NCBI GenBank assembly: GCA_000165425.1
Contig: CT868019.1
Span: 310,001-374,000, forward strand
Direction: 5' to 3'
Source of the DNA: Paramecium tetraurelia
Lineage: Eukaryota
Length of the DNA stretch: 64,000 nt
The translations under genes and the position numbers were made by a program. This document shows, piece by piece, positions 14,178 to 27,335 of this stretch (the stretch's first letter is position 1; each line of letters starts with the position of its first letter). A model generated the notes under the pieces. It was not told where the DNA came from and searched no databases. It saw nothing but the letters and a program-made list of their open reading frames with translations.

Positions 14178-15731
14178 TCAGTTCTTTTGTAAATTTTGGA
14201 ATAAATTACATCCAGTTTGAGTATTTAAACTAAAATTAAACAGCCCACCTACTTAATTCTACTGGACTTGTTCTTTTGGTTATTAAGTAGGGAGGTTATT
14301 ACCAAATAAGGAGGTTCCTATGTTAGGTTATGGCAAAATTGGAACACTCTATGTGGGTTAAGATTATTGTAAAAACAAATTTTATTTATTATTATTAGAT
14401 TAATCTTCATTTATAATGGGTGTTGTTGTTGAATTTCCAAATAATCCAGCACTATTATTATTTAACAAGCTGTCAAATAATCCTCCCTTTGAATTTGTTT
14501 AAGCACTAGAGTTGATTCCAAATGTGAAACTTGAAGGGAATAAATTTTTGTTGACACTTGAGCCGTTTTAATTATCTTAATTTTATTAATCAAGACTGAG
14601 ATCAGGAATTTAAGTTATATTAGAAGGTTGAGTTTAATTTTATTAAAATAAAGAGATTTACTATTATTATGATCTTACTAATTATGGTTATTATAATTCT
14701 TAAGGTTAAGGTTATGCCTATTATAATAATTATTATTATTACTATTACTATTAATTATTTACAATTTATAAGCTATTATTTGATGTCTATGCTTGAAGTT
14801 AAGGTATTTGATTTAATTAAAATGTTATGACATCATTTGTATTATTTGTCTTTTATTTTTAAAATAATAGATTATTATTTTATTATGGTGATAATAATTT
14901 TGAACCTTTAGGGGATGGATATTTTGATTGTTCATATTCATTAGGTTTTTATTAAAACAATAACTTACCAAAAATATTATTTTCAGATGGTCCATTAAAT
15001 TAATTTTGCTATTCTTTTGTCTATTCATAAGTATTTTACACCTGTATTGGAAATTATAATTAAACATTTGTATTCTCTGCTAAGCCTTAAGCCTCTTATA
15101 TCTATTCAGCTTGAGTAATAACACTTGTGATGCAATTATCAGATTCTTTCTTAAAATCTTAGATTTCTGGGACTTCTTTTAAGTTTGAAGATTCAAACTA
15201 TGTTAATTTTTTGTCAGAAACCTTGTTGCTAGAATTTTGGAGAATTTATTTCGGGCTATCCAGAGGGAAAGAATCATCACTATTGATCTTTGAGTTTTTT
15301 CTAAATCTTTTTGCTTCTTGGTTCTATTTTGTAAAAGAGAAATCCTTGTTACTTTCATTTAATTTTCCATCCTTTTTACTAAGAACAGGTAACATATCAA
15401 ATTATTTTGTATTTTCAATATAAGTTTTCTCTAGAAAATTTTCTTACTTTACTATCTCTAATATTGTTTTCCTTCTTCTATATGAATTTATATCAAAATC
15501 ATCTGAACTTGAATCTGCATCCTCTGTATAAATTGGTTTTATTATTGCTTTTTTGTCTTCGTTCACTTTTATTTTTTTATATGGAGCCACATTCATAATG
15601 AGATATTCAGATTCTTAATCAATTAAGTTCTACAAGTAATTTTATCTCTATCTTTCTCTATATTTTTTTATTAATAGATAAACATTCCAACCAAAGAAAC
15701 TAAACATTGTTGCAGTTAAGGTGAATTCCAT
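14178..15731 (-). CDS. Protein with an N-terminal transmembrane segment and a C-terminal FG/Q/N-rich region (Pom121-like nucleoporin candidate)
   Basis: Continuous ORF MEFTLTATMFSFFGWNVYLLIKKYRERQR..., then basic clusters (YRRRKT, AKRFRKNSK), a Q/N-rich linker and the motifs NIFG, FTFG, GGLFD, GLFG, SLFG, GGLFN. Confidence 0.7.
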
Positions 15732-16285
15732 TTTATATAAATATAATAATAATTTAAAAATTTTATTGATAAAAAATAAGAATCAAATGTTAGTCCACTT
15801 TTTACTCTCTAGTTATCCCTCCTTCTATTCATATTTATCACCCATACTTGCTGCTTTTGAAAAATATCTCTAAATGCATATTCGAAATTATGCAATATAT
15901 GCATGATTTAAATTAGAATTCCTTAGAACACATATCCTTTTGAAATTACACTTTATTTATGAATGAAATATTTATTTCATTAAAAGTATACCTCCATCTT
16001 AAATTTGATTCTCATTTTATTAAAAATAGTAGGTATTACTTTTAAAATTATAAAATTCATATATATATATATTTATTAAAATTCTTTAACTTTCAATTTT
16101 CTTCTTTTAAATTAATCAATATAAATTTATACTTTATTTGATATTGGTTCTACAATTTGATTTCATTAGTGAGAAATGTTTATTTAATGCATTTACGTTA
16201 TATAACTATTAAATTAACTTTTTATTAATCAATAAATATATAAAATTATGTAAGATCTATATTTGTAATTAGATTTATATCGAAA

Positions 16286-18255
16286 TCAATATTAGCTTAT
16301 TTAACTAATTTCTAGTTAAACATTTAATTATCTACTTAATGAGGCAGAATTCAATTTATCTCTATTGGAAACTGAACTTAAGTCATCATTCACTTTAGCT
16401 ATTACATCTTCATTTTTGGAAAGATTTTCAAACAAATTTACTAAATCTTCATCTAAAAATTCAAGTAGTTAATGATCTGTATATGTTTTGTCCTTTTTAT
16501 TTTTAAGTTTTTTATAACTAGAAAAAGCTGACTCTAATTTAAGTTTCATAGGCATTTCATCTTCAAGCATAAATAAATATTATTTTTATTATTCCAAAGC
16601 TTTAATTTTATCGGATACCTTTCTATTAAATAAATCAGCTGGAATTATAGGTTTAGGGATACAATTAAATATATTTAACTATTCATTTGAGAAAAGCACA
16701 TATTTTAACTTATCAAATTCATAGATTTTACTTATTATCAATGCCACATCTAATTTTTATTAACATTTAGTTTTTGCATATCTAATTTATTATTTAACCT
16801 TTCTTTTACAACAAAATGCGACTAATAATATATCAATTATTCCTAAATTTAATTGCTATTTGGATTGCGTTAAATATTTCTAAATTTCAGATTAATTTCT
16901 TCTATTTGAATGTAATTTATTTGGTTTCCTTCTTTTCTGATTTTAATTAATAACATCATATTATTATTAAGAAGATTCTTTGTAAATAGTTTAGCTTTTG
17001 CTTATGTCGCTTAATGATTCTTCTTTTATTTCATCTTTAAATAATTAAGATCTCTCATTGATTTCAAATCTGAATAGTTTATTAACAAGATGCACATTCA
17101 TTAAAGTTATTACTATTGGAGTAACAAATATCTTAAACAATAGAACTGCAACATTCCAAAATCCTCCTATTTTTCCCAGAATTGCCTAAATTTTGATATA
17201 ATTTCTTTAATAAGTAGATTATTTTCCATCCAAATAAATAAAATGGTTAATTAAAAATATATTATTGTAAGTAGATGATTCCTCTCTCCATTAATTTTAA
17301 ATTAAACCAAAAAATGAATTTCGATTTTCCTAAACAATTCCATCATCAGTAATTATTTAAACTTATTTTAGAGTTTAATAGATTGATCTTGATGTTTTTA
17401 GGGAGAATGAAGCTTATTGCATGCTTTGGATTTGTGAAAAAGGCTATTGGAACTCATTCAATTATAATAAATTATCACTCAAATGAATACCATAATATCC
17501 TGCTTTTGCTAAATCCTGAATTTCTTCAATAGGAGCACATTCATTATAGGTTGTCGTGTTGTGACATATTTGGACCTATATTTGAAGATATTAAAACTCC
17601 ATAGCTTGCAATACTCCCTATAACTTCTAAAATATTTATTTTTAATTCTTACTGGTGGATTCGCTTCCCAGGCCTCATTCTGTAAGCATTGAACTGTTCC
17701 TAATTAAAGTTTTCCAAAATACTCTTTTTAGCTTTCAGTAACTGCATGATTAACTGTACAAGCTTCGATTGGATATTCTTAGCATCTAAATAATGTAACA
17801 TGTCATACTATTAAATAACTTATGTAGTATTATCTGTTTTATTAAAAATCCTCTCTCTTTTACATGTATTTACAGAAATGCTAAAATACCTCTTGACATT
17901 CTTAAATGGTTAAGTGTTTAATCCAGATAAAGTTACTGCAATTGTAAAATTTTTATTCATCAAGGGAATTTCCTAAGAATATATTATAAAAACTTACACT
18001 ACTTTCTAGAAGTTAAGAATCATATTGGATTACATTTGGGTCACTGCGATTAAATAACTTTTCAAGTTCAATCCATAAATACAAAAGACAAAATCCAAAA
18101 ATGATTAGTGTGGAAAAAGCTCCGAAGCTTGTAGAAAATCTTTCTTTTTTTAATATTGTGAACATGGGTAGTTATCCAAATATATCAAATTACATCTACA
18201 GAGCATTGAATACAGCTCTATATGAAGAAATATTAGACTTCTAATATTTTAGCAT
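16286..18255 (-). CDS. Ciliate two-transmembrane protein with a large Cys-containing ectodomain
   Basis: FDIFGQLPMF...KKRFSTSFGAFSTLIIFGFCLLYLW (TM1), then DPNVI, ectodomain ICHNTTTYNECAPIEEI, and YQRNYIKIQAILGKIGGFWNVAVLLF (TM2). Several tiny introns; TGA at 16286-16288. Confidence 0.8.
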
Positions 18256-19260
18256 TATTACAAATTAATTGTTATTTATCAGAGCTTAAAAAGAAATAAG
18301 TAACAATAAATGATTAAATTATTCAAAAGAAAGATAAGAATCTAAAATAATATTGACATAATTATATTAAGATATAAGTTGGAATTATTGTATTTTCTTC
18401 AAATAGTAGTTAGATAATCTATAATTAAGTTATTAAAAAGATATTCTCTAAAAAAATGGGTACTATTCACACTATACCATTCTTTATAGTTTTTTGTGCT
18501 TACCTTATTAGAATTAAATCAATTTATTATATATTATATAATTATAAACAATATAAATTATCTTAAAAATCCAATAAGCCTATTGATAAAATTGATTCAT
18601 GATTGAGATTACCTTTAGTAATAATAAAAAAAGTCTTATCGGATGATGTATACAGGAAGTTTAGATCTTTTTTGATTAAACCCACTATAGGAATCACTTC
18701 AGCAATTAACTACTAAGCCTCAAATAACTCTAAAATAAGAATAATCTTAAATTAGAGTTCATTATTATTGTATTTCAAAAACTCTAATATCTAGATACAC
18801 TCTTTTGCTACTAGTTAATAAGAATTTTAATGTAATTAAGATAAATCTTAAAATTTTATAAAATTTATAATTTTCTGAGTTAGGCAGATAATTGATATTT
18901 GGGAAAAAATATACTCATGAGAGTTCTGTTTAAAAAAACCATAAAATTAAGCATGTGATGCTCAAAAAAACATAATGAAATATAATTTTTTTGATACCTA
19001 ATCATACAATATTCTTTAGTATTATTAATATCAATTAATATATTGAAATTAAATTGCAAAGTTAGTATAATAAGGAGTAATGGTAAAGTTAAAATATGAT
19101 GATAAAATTCTACATGGATTATAAAGCCATTTTATTATATTAAAAAATTAAGTGTTTTTAGGATTAGAGTAAGCCATTGTAAACTCAATTTTGAGGTATA
19201 TATTTTTATGCTGATTTTAATAATTGAACTTTGTAGAGGGGGTAAACTGGCAGGGATAGT

Positions 19261-19386
19261 GAGAGAGGTGAAAGGCGAGAAGGTGAGAAGGTGAAATAGT
19301 AATAATATGTTATAATTAATAATTATTTTGGGGGGTATGTGACAAGATTTAATTGATTTAATTTGCTCTAGAAAAAGGTGAAATAA
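19261..19386 (+). promoter_or_regulatory. Cluster of AGG(T/C)GA purine-rich repeats upstream of actin
   Basis: AGGTGA at 19266, 19281, 19289 and 19376 and AGGCGA at 19273, in otherwise very AT-rich intergenic DNA 50-165 nt before the actin ATG. Function is inferred only from position. Confidence 0.35.
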
Positions 19387-19429
19387 TTGTCATCATAATC
19401 AATAATATCTTTTATTTATCTGTAAACAC

Positions 19430-20612
19430 ATGTCTGAAGAACACCCAGCAGTCGTTATTGATAATGGATCAGGATAATGCAAAGCCGGTATTGCAGGAGA
19501 TGATGCTCCAAGATGCTGCTTCCCCGCAGTTGTTGGAAGACCCAAACATCAAGGAATCATGGTTGGTATGGACAGCAAGGAAGCCTACGTCGGTGATGAG
19601 GCTTAAGCCAAGAGAGGTGTTTTGGCCCTCAAGTACCCAATTGATAATGGTATTGTCAATAATTGGGATGGTATAGAATGTGTTTTATAAATCATGTAGA
19701 TATGGAAAGAATTTGGCATCATGCCTTCTTCAATGAATTGAGAGTTACCCCAGAAGACCACCCAGCTCTTTTGACTGAAGCTCCAATGAATCCAAAGGCA
19801 AACAGAGAAAAGATGACATAAATCTTATTCGAAACATTCAACGTGCCATCATTCTACGTTGCTATTCAAGCCGTGCTCTCACTCTATGCTTCAGGAAGAA
19901 CAACTGGTATCGTCGTAGATTCTGGAGATGGTGTCTCACACACAGTCCCAATCTATGAAGGTTATGCCCTTCCACATGCTGTTCTCAGAATCGACTTGGC
20001 AGGAAGAGCCTGCACCCAATATTTGGTTAACATCTTGAATGAATTGGGTGTTTCATTCACATCATCAGCTGAAATGGAAATTGTTAGAGACATGAAAGAG
20101 AAATTGTGCTATGTTGCTCTTGACTATGAAGAGGAAATGAAGAAATACAAAGAGAGTGCTGCCAACAACAGACCCTATGAATTACCAGACGGAAACGTTG
20201 TTGTCATCTAAAATCAAAGATTCAGATGTCCTGAATTGCTCTTCAAACCAAACTTCATTGGTCTTGAAGTCGCAGGTATCCACGAATTAACATTCAAATC
20301 AATTATGAAGTGCGATATCGATGTCAGAAAGGATCTGTAAGAAATTTAAATTTATGTCTTAGTTATGGAAATGTTGTCATGTCCGGAGGTACAACAATGT
20401 TCCCAGGAATCCCAGAAAGATTGAGCAAAGAATTAACATCCCTTGCCCCATCATCAATGAAAATCAAAGTCGTTGCCCCACCTGAAAGAAAATTCTCAGT
20501 CTGGATCGGTGGATCAATCTTATCATCATTGTCAACATTCCAAGCCATGTGGATCACAAGAAGCGAATACGACGAAAGCGGTCCAACCATTGTTCACAGA
20601 AAGTGTTTCTGA
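19430..20612 (+). CDS. ACT1: Actin (conventional, actin-1 type)
   Basis: [28 protein letters not shown]...IVHRKCF*. Two tiny introns (~19671-19699, ~20337-20362). Confidence 0.97.
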
Positions 20613-20906
20613 GAGATAAAAATATTAATAATCAATATAAATATCATTTTATCAATGCTCTTCCTATTTTTATCTGTTCATTTGAATTCCTCAATCAATC
20701 CTATTAAAACTTTATATTCATTTAAATTTATTCTATAGTTCCTCAACTATCTATTTAATAAATACCAAATCAATTTATTATTACATCTCTACATCATGAT
20801 AGGATATCAATTACAATTATTAAAGGAATCCTTTCGAATTAATATACAAAATTTTTAGAATATTACTGAATTTAATAATACACTTTTATATTCTATAAAT
20901 TATTTT

Positions 20907-21470
20907 ATGTCTTAGTTTTTATGTAATTCATAAGAACAGGATTCTGATTAATTTAATAAACTCTCACTTAATAATAATCCGAATGAAATAGTAAATAATA
21001 GAAAAAGAATCTAAACATACATTATTTCTAAGCTCAAAAAATCATCAGATTCAAACCTGTTTGTATCAGAAACTTCAGTTAAAAGAGAAACTACTGGCAA
21101 AAGACTATTCACTTAGCAAATATTCTAGGAAATAAAAGATTATATGATTGTATTAGGTATCTTGAACAAAATAGATAGCCAATATTGGTCTAATTACTAT
21201 ACGTTTATGTTTATTATTTATAAAACAAAAATTATGGTTATTTTAACTTCAATTATTATAATAACCATGTTTATTATCGTACGTTAAGTCATGGCATACA
21301 TACTATAAATTCAATTAATTAAAATCAAGTAGAATATTTTGTACCCTTACATAGTGAATATCATTTCAATATTTTAACTTACTAAAAAATTTATAATAAT
21401 TTAATAATTGTTCCTTCTAAATAACTATTTATTACCTATTGTCATATATTATATAGATTAATAATCTTGA
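20907..21470 (+). CDS. Possible hypothetical ORF or relic
   Basis: MSQFLCNSQEQDSDQ... is open for ~188 codons in the ciliate code. The 3' half is low-complexity and AT-rich and overlaps the end of the opposite-strand gene. Confidence 0.3.
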
Positions 21471-23238
21471 TCAGATCATTCGATGTCACAAATGTAATTT
21501 TGAACAAGCTCTTAAATTTTATTTTTAATTCTCCAATAACTTTCTAAAAGGATTGTAAGAATTCAGTGTAATAAAATATAAATAGTTATAATTTGAATTA
21601 TTATTCTCTTATATCCTATAAAGAAGATAGTAAAACTATTAAAATATATAATCAAAATCATAAGATGGAATGTAAATTTTGTAAAATTTTTGAAAACCTT
21701 GTACAAATATCTTAAAGCCATTCCTAATGTTTTTCTATAATGTTTTGAAAATTTTATCTATCATGAAGCCCGTAGATAAGGGATTACTATAGATCAATAT
21801 TGTCATCAGTTATGATTGAGATGTCCTACTATTTGCTTATTTTTATTCTTCTCTAAAATAGTTCAGTCGAACTTTCATCATATTATTTTAATTCAGAAAA
21901 GTAATCTTAAAATAAAATTTATAAAATCCCCAAAATAGAGAGAATCATAAACTTACAAAGCATCTTGTGATTTATATTTTGATAAACCATATGATTTGAG
22001 CTTTCAATCAAATGCTATAGCAGCAATCTGAAAATGAAATATTCACCTATGATCAATTTTTCTTAATAATTTCCAATTTTAACAGAACTTTTTGTATAAA
22101 ACTTAGTCCTTTTAGCTACAAATACAGGAGCTTTATTGTTTTAGCTTTTAAATAATGATAAAAATAAAGAAGTTTAAATTAATTCTGGAATTTTATCCTT
22201 TTCTGTAAATTTTTCCATATTTTTTAAAATTTAAATTGTTAATAAAACGAATTAATGTTATCTATTTTAAATAGAACTGTCACTATTTGGATTAATGGAA
22301 TTTTCATTCGATTATTAAATAAATTAATTTGTCGAAAATGATTTAATTAGTGGATCTATAATTTGAGATACCCATTTTTTAATTATTAATTTGCAAATAA
22401 GTACGTTTTAATTGCCTATAGTTTAAAGACATTTTGTATACTTCTAACGAATTTATTTCAATTCTTAGATTTTTTGATTTCTTTTTTGCCTTTTAATAAT
22501 TATAAATAAATACCTATAATTTTTCGTCCATCTAATATAAGCTAGGATTAATAAAAAACAGACTTTTAAGCGAGAAATGTTTATTTTATATCTTTGTTTT
22601 CTAAGTTGAAGTTTATTTTCTTAGAATGTGGGTTTTTTGTAGTTCACAGGTATATGTAAGTATGAAAATTTTTCTGATTAATTTTACAATTCTATGGAAT
22701 TTGAATTCTTTGCTTCTAGTATTTTCTAGTAGTCTGCCTATAAGAAATAGAGTCAGATTAATTGTCATATTTAGGAGAATACTAATATTCATATGATTCG
22801 ACTCTTCTTGTTTCAATTCCGTTTCGAAATTGAGAATCTTAAAATTCTGAGCCTGTTGATACATTTTATTTTGATTTAGCAACTGGAGGCAGCAAATGAT
22901 TTTAACACAATTTCCAGAGCTTAGATAATTCTTTTGATTATTCGTTAATTTTTTGACTTAAAAATTCAGTACGCTGCTTTAAACTTGAATTCTCTAATTC
23001 TTGCAATTTTGACTTCATGAGTTAGTGTTAAGATTGTCTAGACTTAATTATATTTTTACTCACTACTTTATGAGAGATAACTGTCAGTTAACACGTCTTT
23101 TCCTTGTTAGATTTAATCTAATAAGATTGGCTGGTTTCTAAGTTTCAAAATATAAGGTTAATTATAAAGAGCATTTTAAGGTCTATTTATTAGTGCATTT
23201 TTGTCTGTAATATGCAGATTAAACTGTCCTGGATACAT
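21442..23238 (-). CDS. Hypothetical protein, FVAKRT-motif paralogue A
   Basis: MYPGQFNLH..., a 22-nt intron, a coiled coil, then SLFLSLFKSQNNKAPVFVAKRTKFY...EKLIIGEYFIFRLL. Confidence 0.7.
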
Positions 23239-23329
23239 TAATTAGAGTATAAATTTGATGATGTAATTAAAAAAATTATTAACAATAAAAATTGAAATAC
23301 TATATCTAATCATATTTATTCGTGTATGT

Positions 23330-24854
23330 TCATAATAATTTTATGGAAAATCTTGCTTATGTTTTAAATCCAATCCATCTGCTGTTAAAACAAAATTTCA
23401 AATTACGATCGATCTTACAACCCTAAAATCAGTAGCTCATTTTCATCTATTTACTCTTCCAAAATCATTAACGCTTTTAAATTTTCATCTAAAACAATCT
23501 TTCTTTAATACAATTCCACATTAATTTATTTAACCAATTTAATATCTTCAAAATAGTCCATGTATAGGATTTAAATAAAACTTGCTATGATAGTAACAAA
23601 AAATTTAGTTAGCTTTTCATGGATTCGATTATGATATTTGATATTATTAAATATAATCAACATATTCTGTATAATAAGGCGAAACAATAAGTATTCTCCA
23701 ATTATCATCTTTTCTTATGGACTGGATATTTTAATACTGTTTTTCAAATAAAAATTGGTTCTTTTAGCTACAAATAATGGTGCTTTAGAATTTTAAGATA
23801 AAAACAATGACAAATACATCAAATTGACAATTAATTTTGGTAACACATTCATTTAAGTCATTTTTTCAAGTCTAATAAAGTAATCTAAAGTTAATTTTAA
23901 TATTAGTCCTTGTCTATAAATAATATTATCATGTGAACTAGGATCGTAATCTTTAGTTTGGCAATGCTTTAAGAATTCAGGTCTACAGAGTTCATAGATG
24001 AATTCATCAAAAACATTTTCTACCCATTAATAAAGTTGTAATTTTATTTGATCTTCATTAATTAATAAGATTTTCTATTTTGTAAACTAGAATTTCTCTC
24101 TAATTTATTTTAATTTTTTTGCTTATTCAATTCTTTTTACTCTAAACTCTTTGCTCCATCTAACATAAGCAAGTACAACCAAAAAGATTACCTTTAGTCT
24201 CGTGACATATTTCTTAGGTTTTTAAGGAATTGTTATTTTTTTAATTTTAAACTCATAGTCGTTTGAATTATCTCTTATGGTAGATTAAGGTATAACTTTG
24301 ATAGTATTTTCTGATTGTTTCTCCATTTTCTCCATTCTCTCTATTTTTTCGATTCTCTCCATACTCTCTAGTTGATTTTCTTTTAAATAATTTCTGAATT
24401 TATTTGTCTCAGCTATTAAATGATGCTATTTTATTTAGGAGATAATTGATTCATTATTTATGATTTATTAAGCAATTTGGTTTTAGTATTAGCCATTCAA
24501 TGCTGGTAATTTCTATTTTGTTACTAGTTTGAAGGTGTTTTCTACATCATGCTAGATTTTTTCTACCTATTATTGAAGCACTTCATTCTGGAATTTCAGT
24601 TGCCTATTTTAAATTTCTAACAATTAATGTCTAAGTAATTCGTTTTGAGTATCCATGACTTATTGCAGTTTTCCTTAATATTCAAGTTGGGATTGAGCTA
24701 AAAGGCTTTTCCTTAGATCATTTTCAAATGAGGATGAATAATGTTCTCTATTGCTTTTTATTGAAAGGCTATTGCTTCTAGATGAAATTTAATATCGTTT
24801 GTGTAAAGATGATCGATTATTTTACCATAAATACTATGGTTTATTAGGATTCAT
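23330..24854 (-). CDS. Hypothetical protein, FVAKRT-motif paralogue B
   Basis: MNPNKPQYLW...; KVIFLVVLAYVRWSK; LSLFLSQNSKAPLFVAKRTNFY...EKMIIGEYLLFRLI. The 3' end is approximate. Confidence 0.7.
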
Positions 24855-24911
24855 GTTTGCATCTAATACTTTTTATTATAAAAACAGCATATATATAAAT
24901 AAATATAATTA

Positions 24912-26450
24912 TCAAATATTATTTTAAGATGCTAAATTGGTTACACAATTTCCGAATAAAGTTGAAATATCTTAATACCACTTCTAATTTTATTTTATTA
25001 AGTTTTCATAAAATTCGAAATTATTCAAACCTTAAATAATATTCTCATTTTATTCAATAACTTCATCCTCTGTAATATTTAGATCTTAATATTTATTTTT
25101 ACTTACATTTAATTTTTTCTAAATAATTTTGGATATATTTGGTTAATACCTTTGCATTTCCTTAAAGTGATTCATAAAGAGAATTTATATCAAACTGCAA
25201 ATAGATACAAGCTAAAATTTCGATTCAGCTAGATGATGATCATTTATGCATACTATCTAATTGGACTATTATATTATTTTCTCAATTATAAATGAAAAGA
25301 ATATGTAATCACAAATAACAAGTATTTATTCATTTTTAATTTATTTTGTCCTTATTCTTTTGGCCACAAATAAGCTACCCTTTTTATTGATTTATAAGAT
25401 ATGGTATTAGGCTAATAATAAAATTTCTTTGTTGAAATTAAGTGCTTTTGTCATCTCAAATAGATTCTGAAAAAATAATTACGAAAAATTCATTATCCAT
25501 TGTTTGCGCTTCAATATAAATTTCTTATCATTTGGGTTTTAAGTTTATTTAAAGTGTTAACTAAAACTACTCGATTAAATAGTTTGTAATAAATTTTGCA
25601 TTAATTTTTCAAACCATTCAATTTTTATTTCTTCAATTTTTTCTTAATTTAAGGCATCCACTCTTGCTCTTAAATCCTTTATATTTTGTATAAATTTAAC
25701 TTTTTTTTATCTCAAACGTTTAATTAATCTAAATATAAATATACATATTAAGCCCCACTATTTAAATATATTTTAAGGCTATTATATTTTCTTTTCATAC
25801 TCTTCCTTAGCTAATTGATAAGGTTTGTCGAATCTGCTTTAAAAGAAATTAATATAGTTAGGAATTTATCTACCTTATCTGCTTCCCATATGAGAATAAG
25901 TATTTTTTGAATCAACAGATATTCTAAAATCTAAGACCTAATTGCAATCAATCATTTTATTTTTTGATGTAACAGGGATTTCTTCTTCTAATAAATTAAA
26001 GTGCTGATATCTTTGATTTTTAATGTTGAAGGTTATTGACCTTTCTCGATTACTGGCTTCATCTTTAAATGTACTATTTATTTGTTTCTAGTTCACAGTT
26101 GAGAATTAGTTAAACTGATAATTTAGTTCATTGAAGTTTTTCTGAGGTTTTATTTTTGCAGCATTTACAATTACAGAATGTCTTTATCCAACAAATAGAT
26201 CTCTTTCTTTTTGGTTGACTCGTTCTTTGAGAAATAATTTATTTTAAATTTCTTTTTCTATCTGATTAGATTATTACTATAGTGATTTTCTTCTTTCTTG
26301 TTCTTTTTCAAAACTTCTTTTCATTATTTCACTTTCGATATATTTAGAAAGTTGAGGTAATTAGTTCTTTTAGTAATTTTTAATAGTTTGGCCAGGTTTA
26401 TACTCCTGCATTGGATTTCTATTGGTATTAAATAAATATGAATGAAACAT
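24912..26450 (-). CDS. Hypothetical protein, FVAKR-motif paralogue C
   Basis: MFHSYLFNTNRNPMQEY...; NKKGSLFVAKRIRTKQIKNEQILVICDYIFF; TGA at 24912-24914. Confidence 0.7.
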
Positions 26451-26805
26451 TCTCGCAGATAAAATATATTTTAATTTTTTTGTGGAACATAATTATATTT
26501 TAACTCATTTCTCACTATAATTATCCCAATTAAGTAAATAAATGGGATAAACTGAGTTGATTCAAATTTTTCTTTATTTATTTGAAGTCTATTCTTTTCA
26601 AAACTGTATCCCTGCTTAGAATAAACAAATTTTTTCTTGAATCAAAGTTGTACCTTAATTTCTCTATTTTTATTTCATTAAAATATACCATTCCTTCGAA
26701 GATTGCTACTAAAAGTCTAACAATTCAATCTGAATGATGCTGGCTAATTTTATTATTTTATTTTTTTAAAGATTGTATTTGACTATCAGCATTGTAAGTA
26801 ATTCA

Positions 26806-27291
26806 TGTAAATAATTCTCATAATCAAATAATCAATTCACTATTATATTGAAATTATAAATTTCTCAGAAACAAGCTTAAATTTTCCTTTTGAATTAGAT
26901 TGTATAACGCAACGACAGAAACTTGCAAAAGAAAATAACTTATAGTTTTTAGTTAATTAATCTCGATTAAGTAAGTTAAATATAATGATTATTATGCCCC
27001 TTCTTAAATAAGATTCAAGACCTCATTAATTTTGTAGATATTTTGATTTTGTTAAAGATTGTTGAATTTAGCTTAAATCCCTTTTTGGAAATAAAAGTTT
27101 TTTAGAATGAATAGTATTTAATTTATTTTATTCTGTTTTTAGTAGATTCTTCAAGACAACATTACATTTCAAAAATTATCAATAGATTATCATAATAGAA
27201 ATATATGCCTTTTAGAATATTAAACTCAATTAAAGATGAAAGAAGGAGATTGATAGAGTATATAATTCAATTGAAGGATGGAGAAATTTGA
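26806..27291 (+). CDS. Possible small hypothetical gene (5' structure unresolved)
   Basis: The 3' exons can be joined through tiny GT-AG introns (...IPFWKQKFFRMN..DSSRHNYISKIINRL...QLKDGEI*). The start and first exons are ambiguous. Confidence 0.3.
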
Positions 27292-27335
27292 AAATGATTT
27301 GATAACAAAATTGAATAAAAGTAATTGAATAACAA

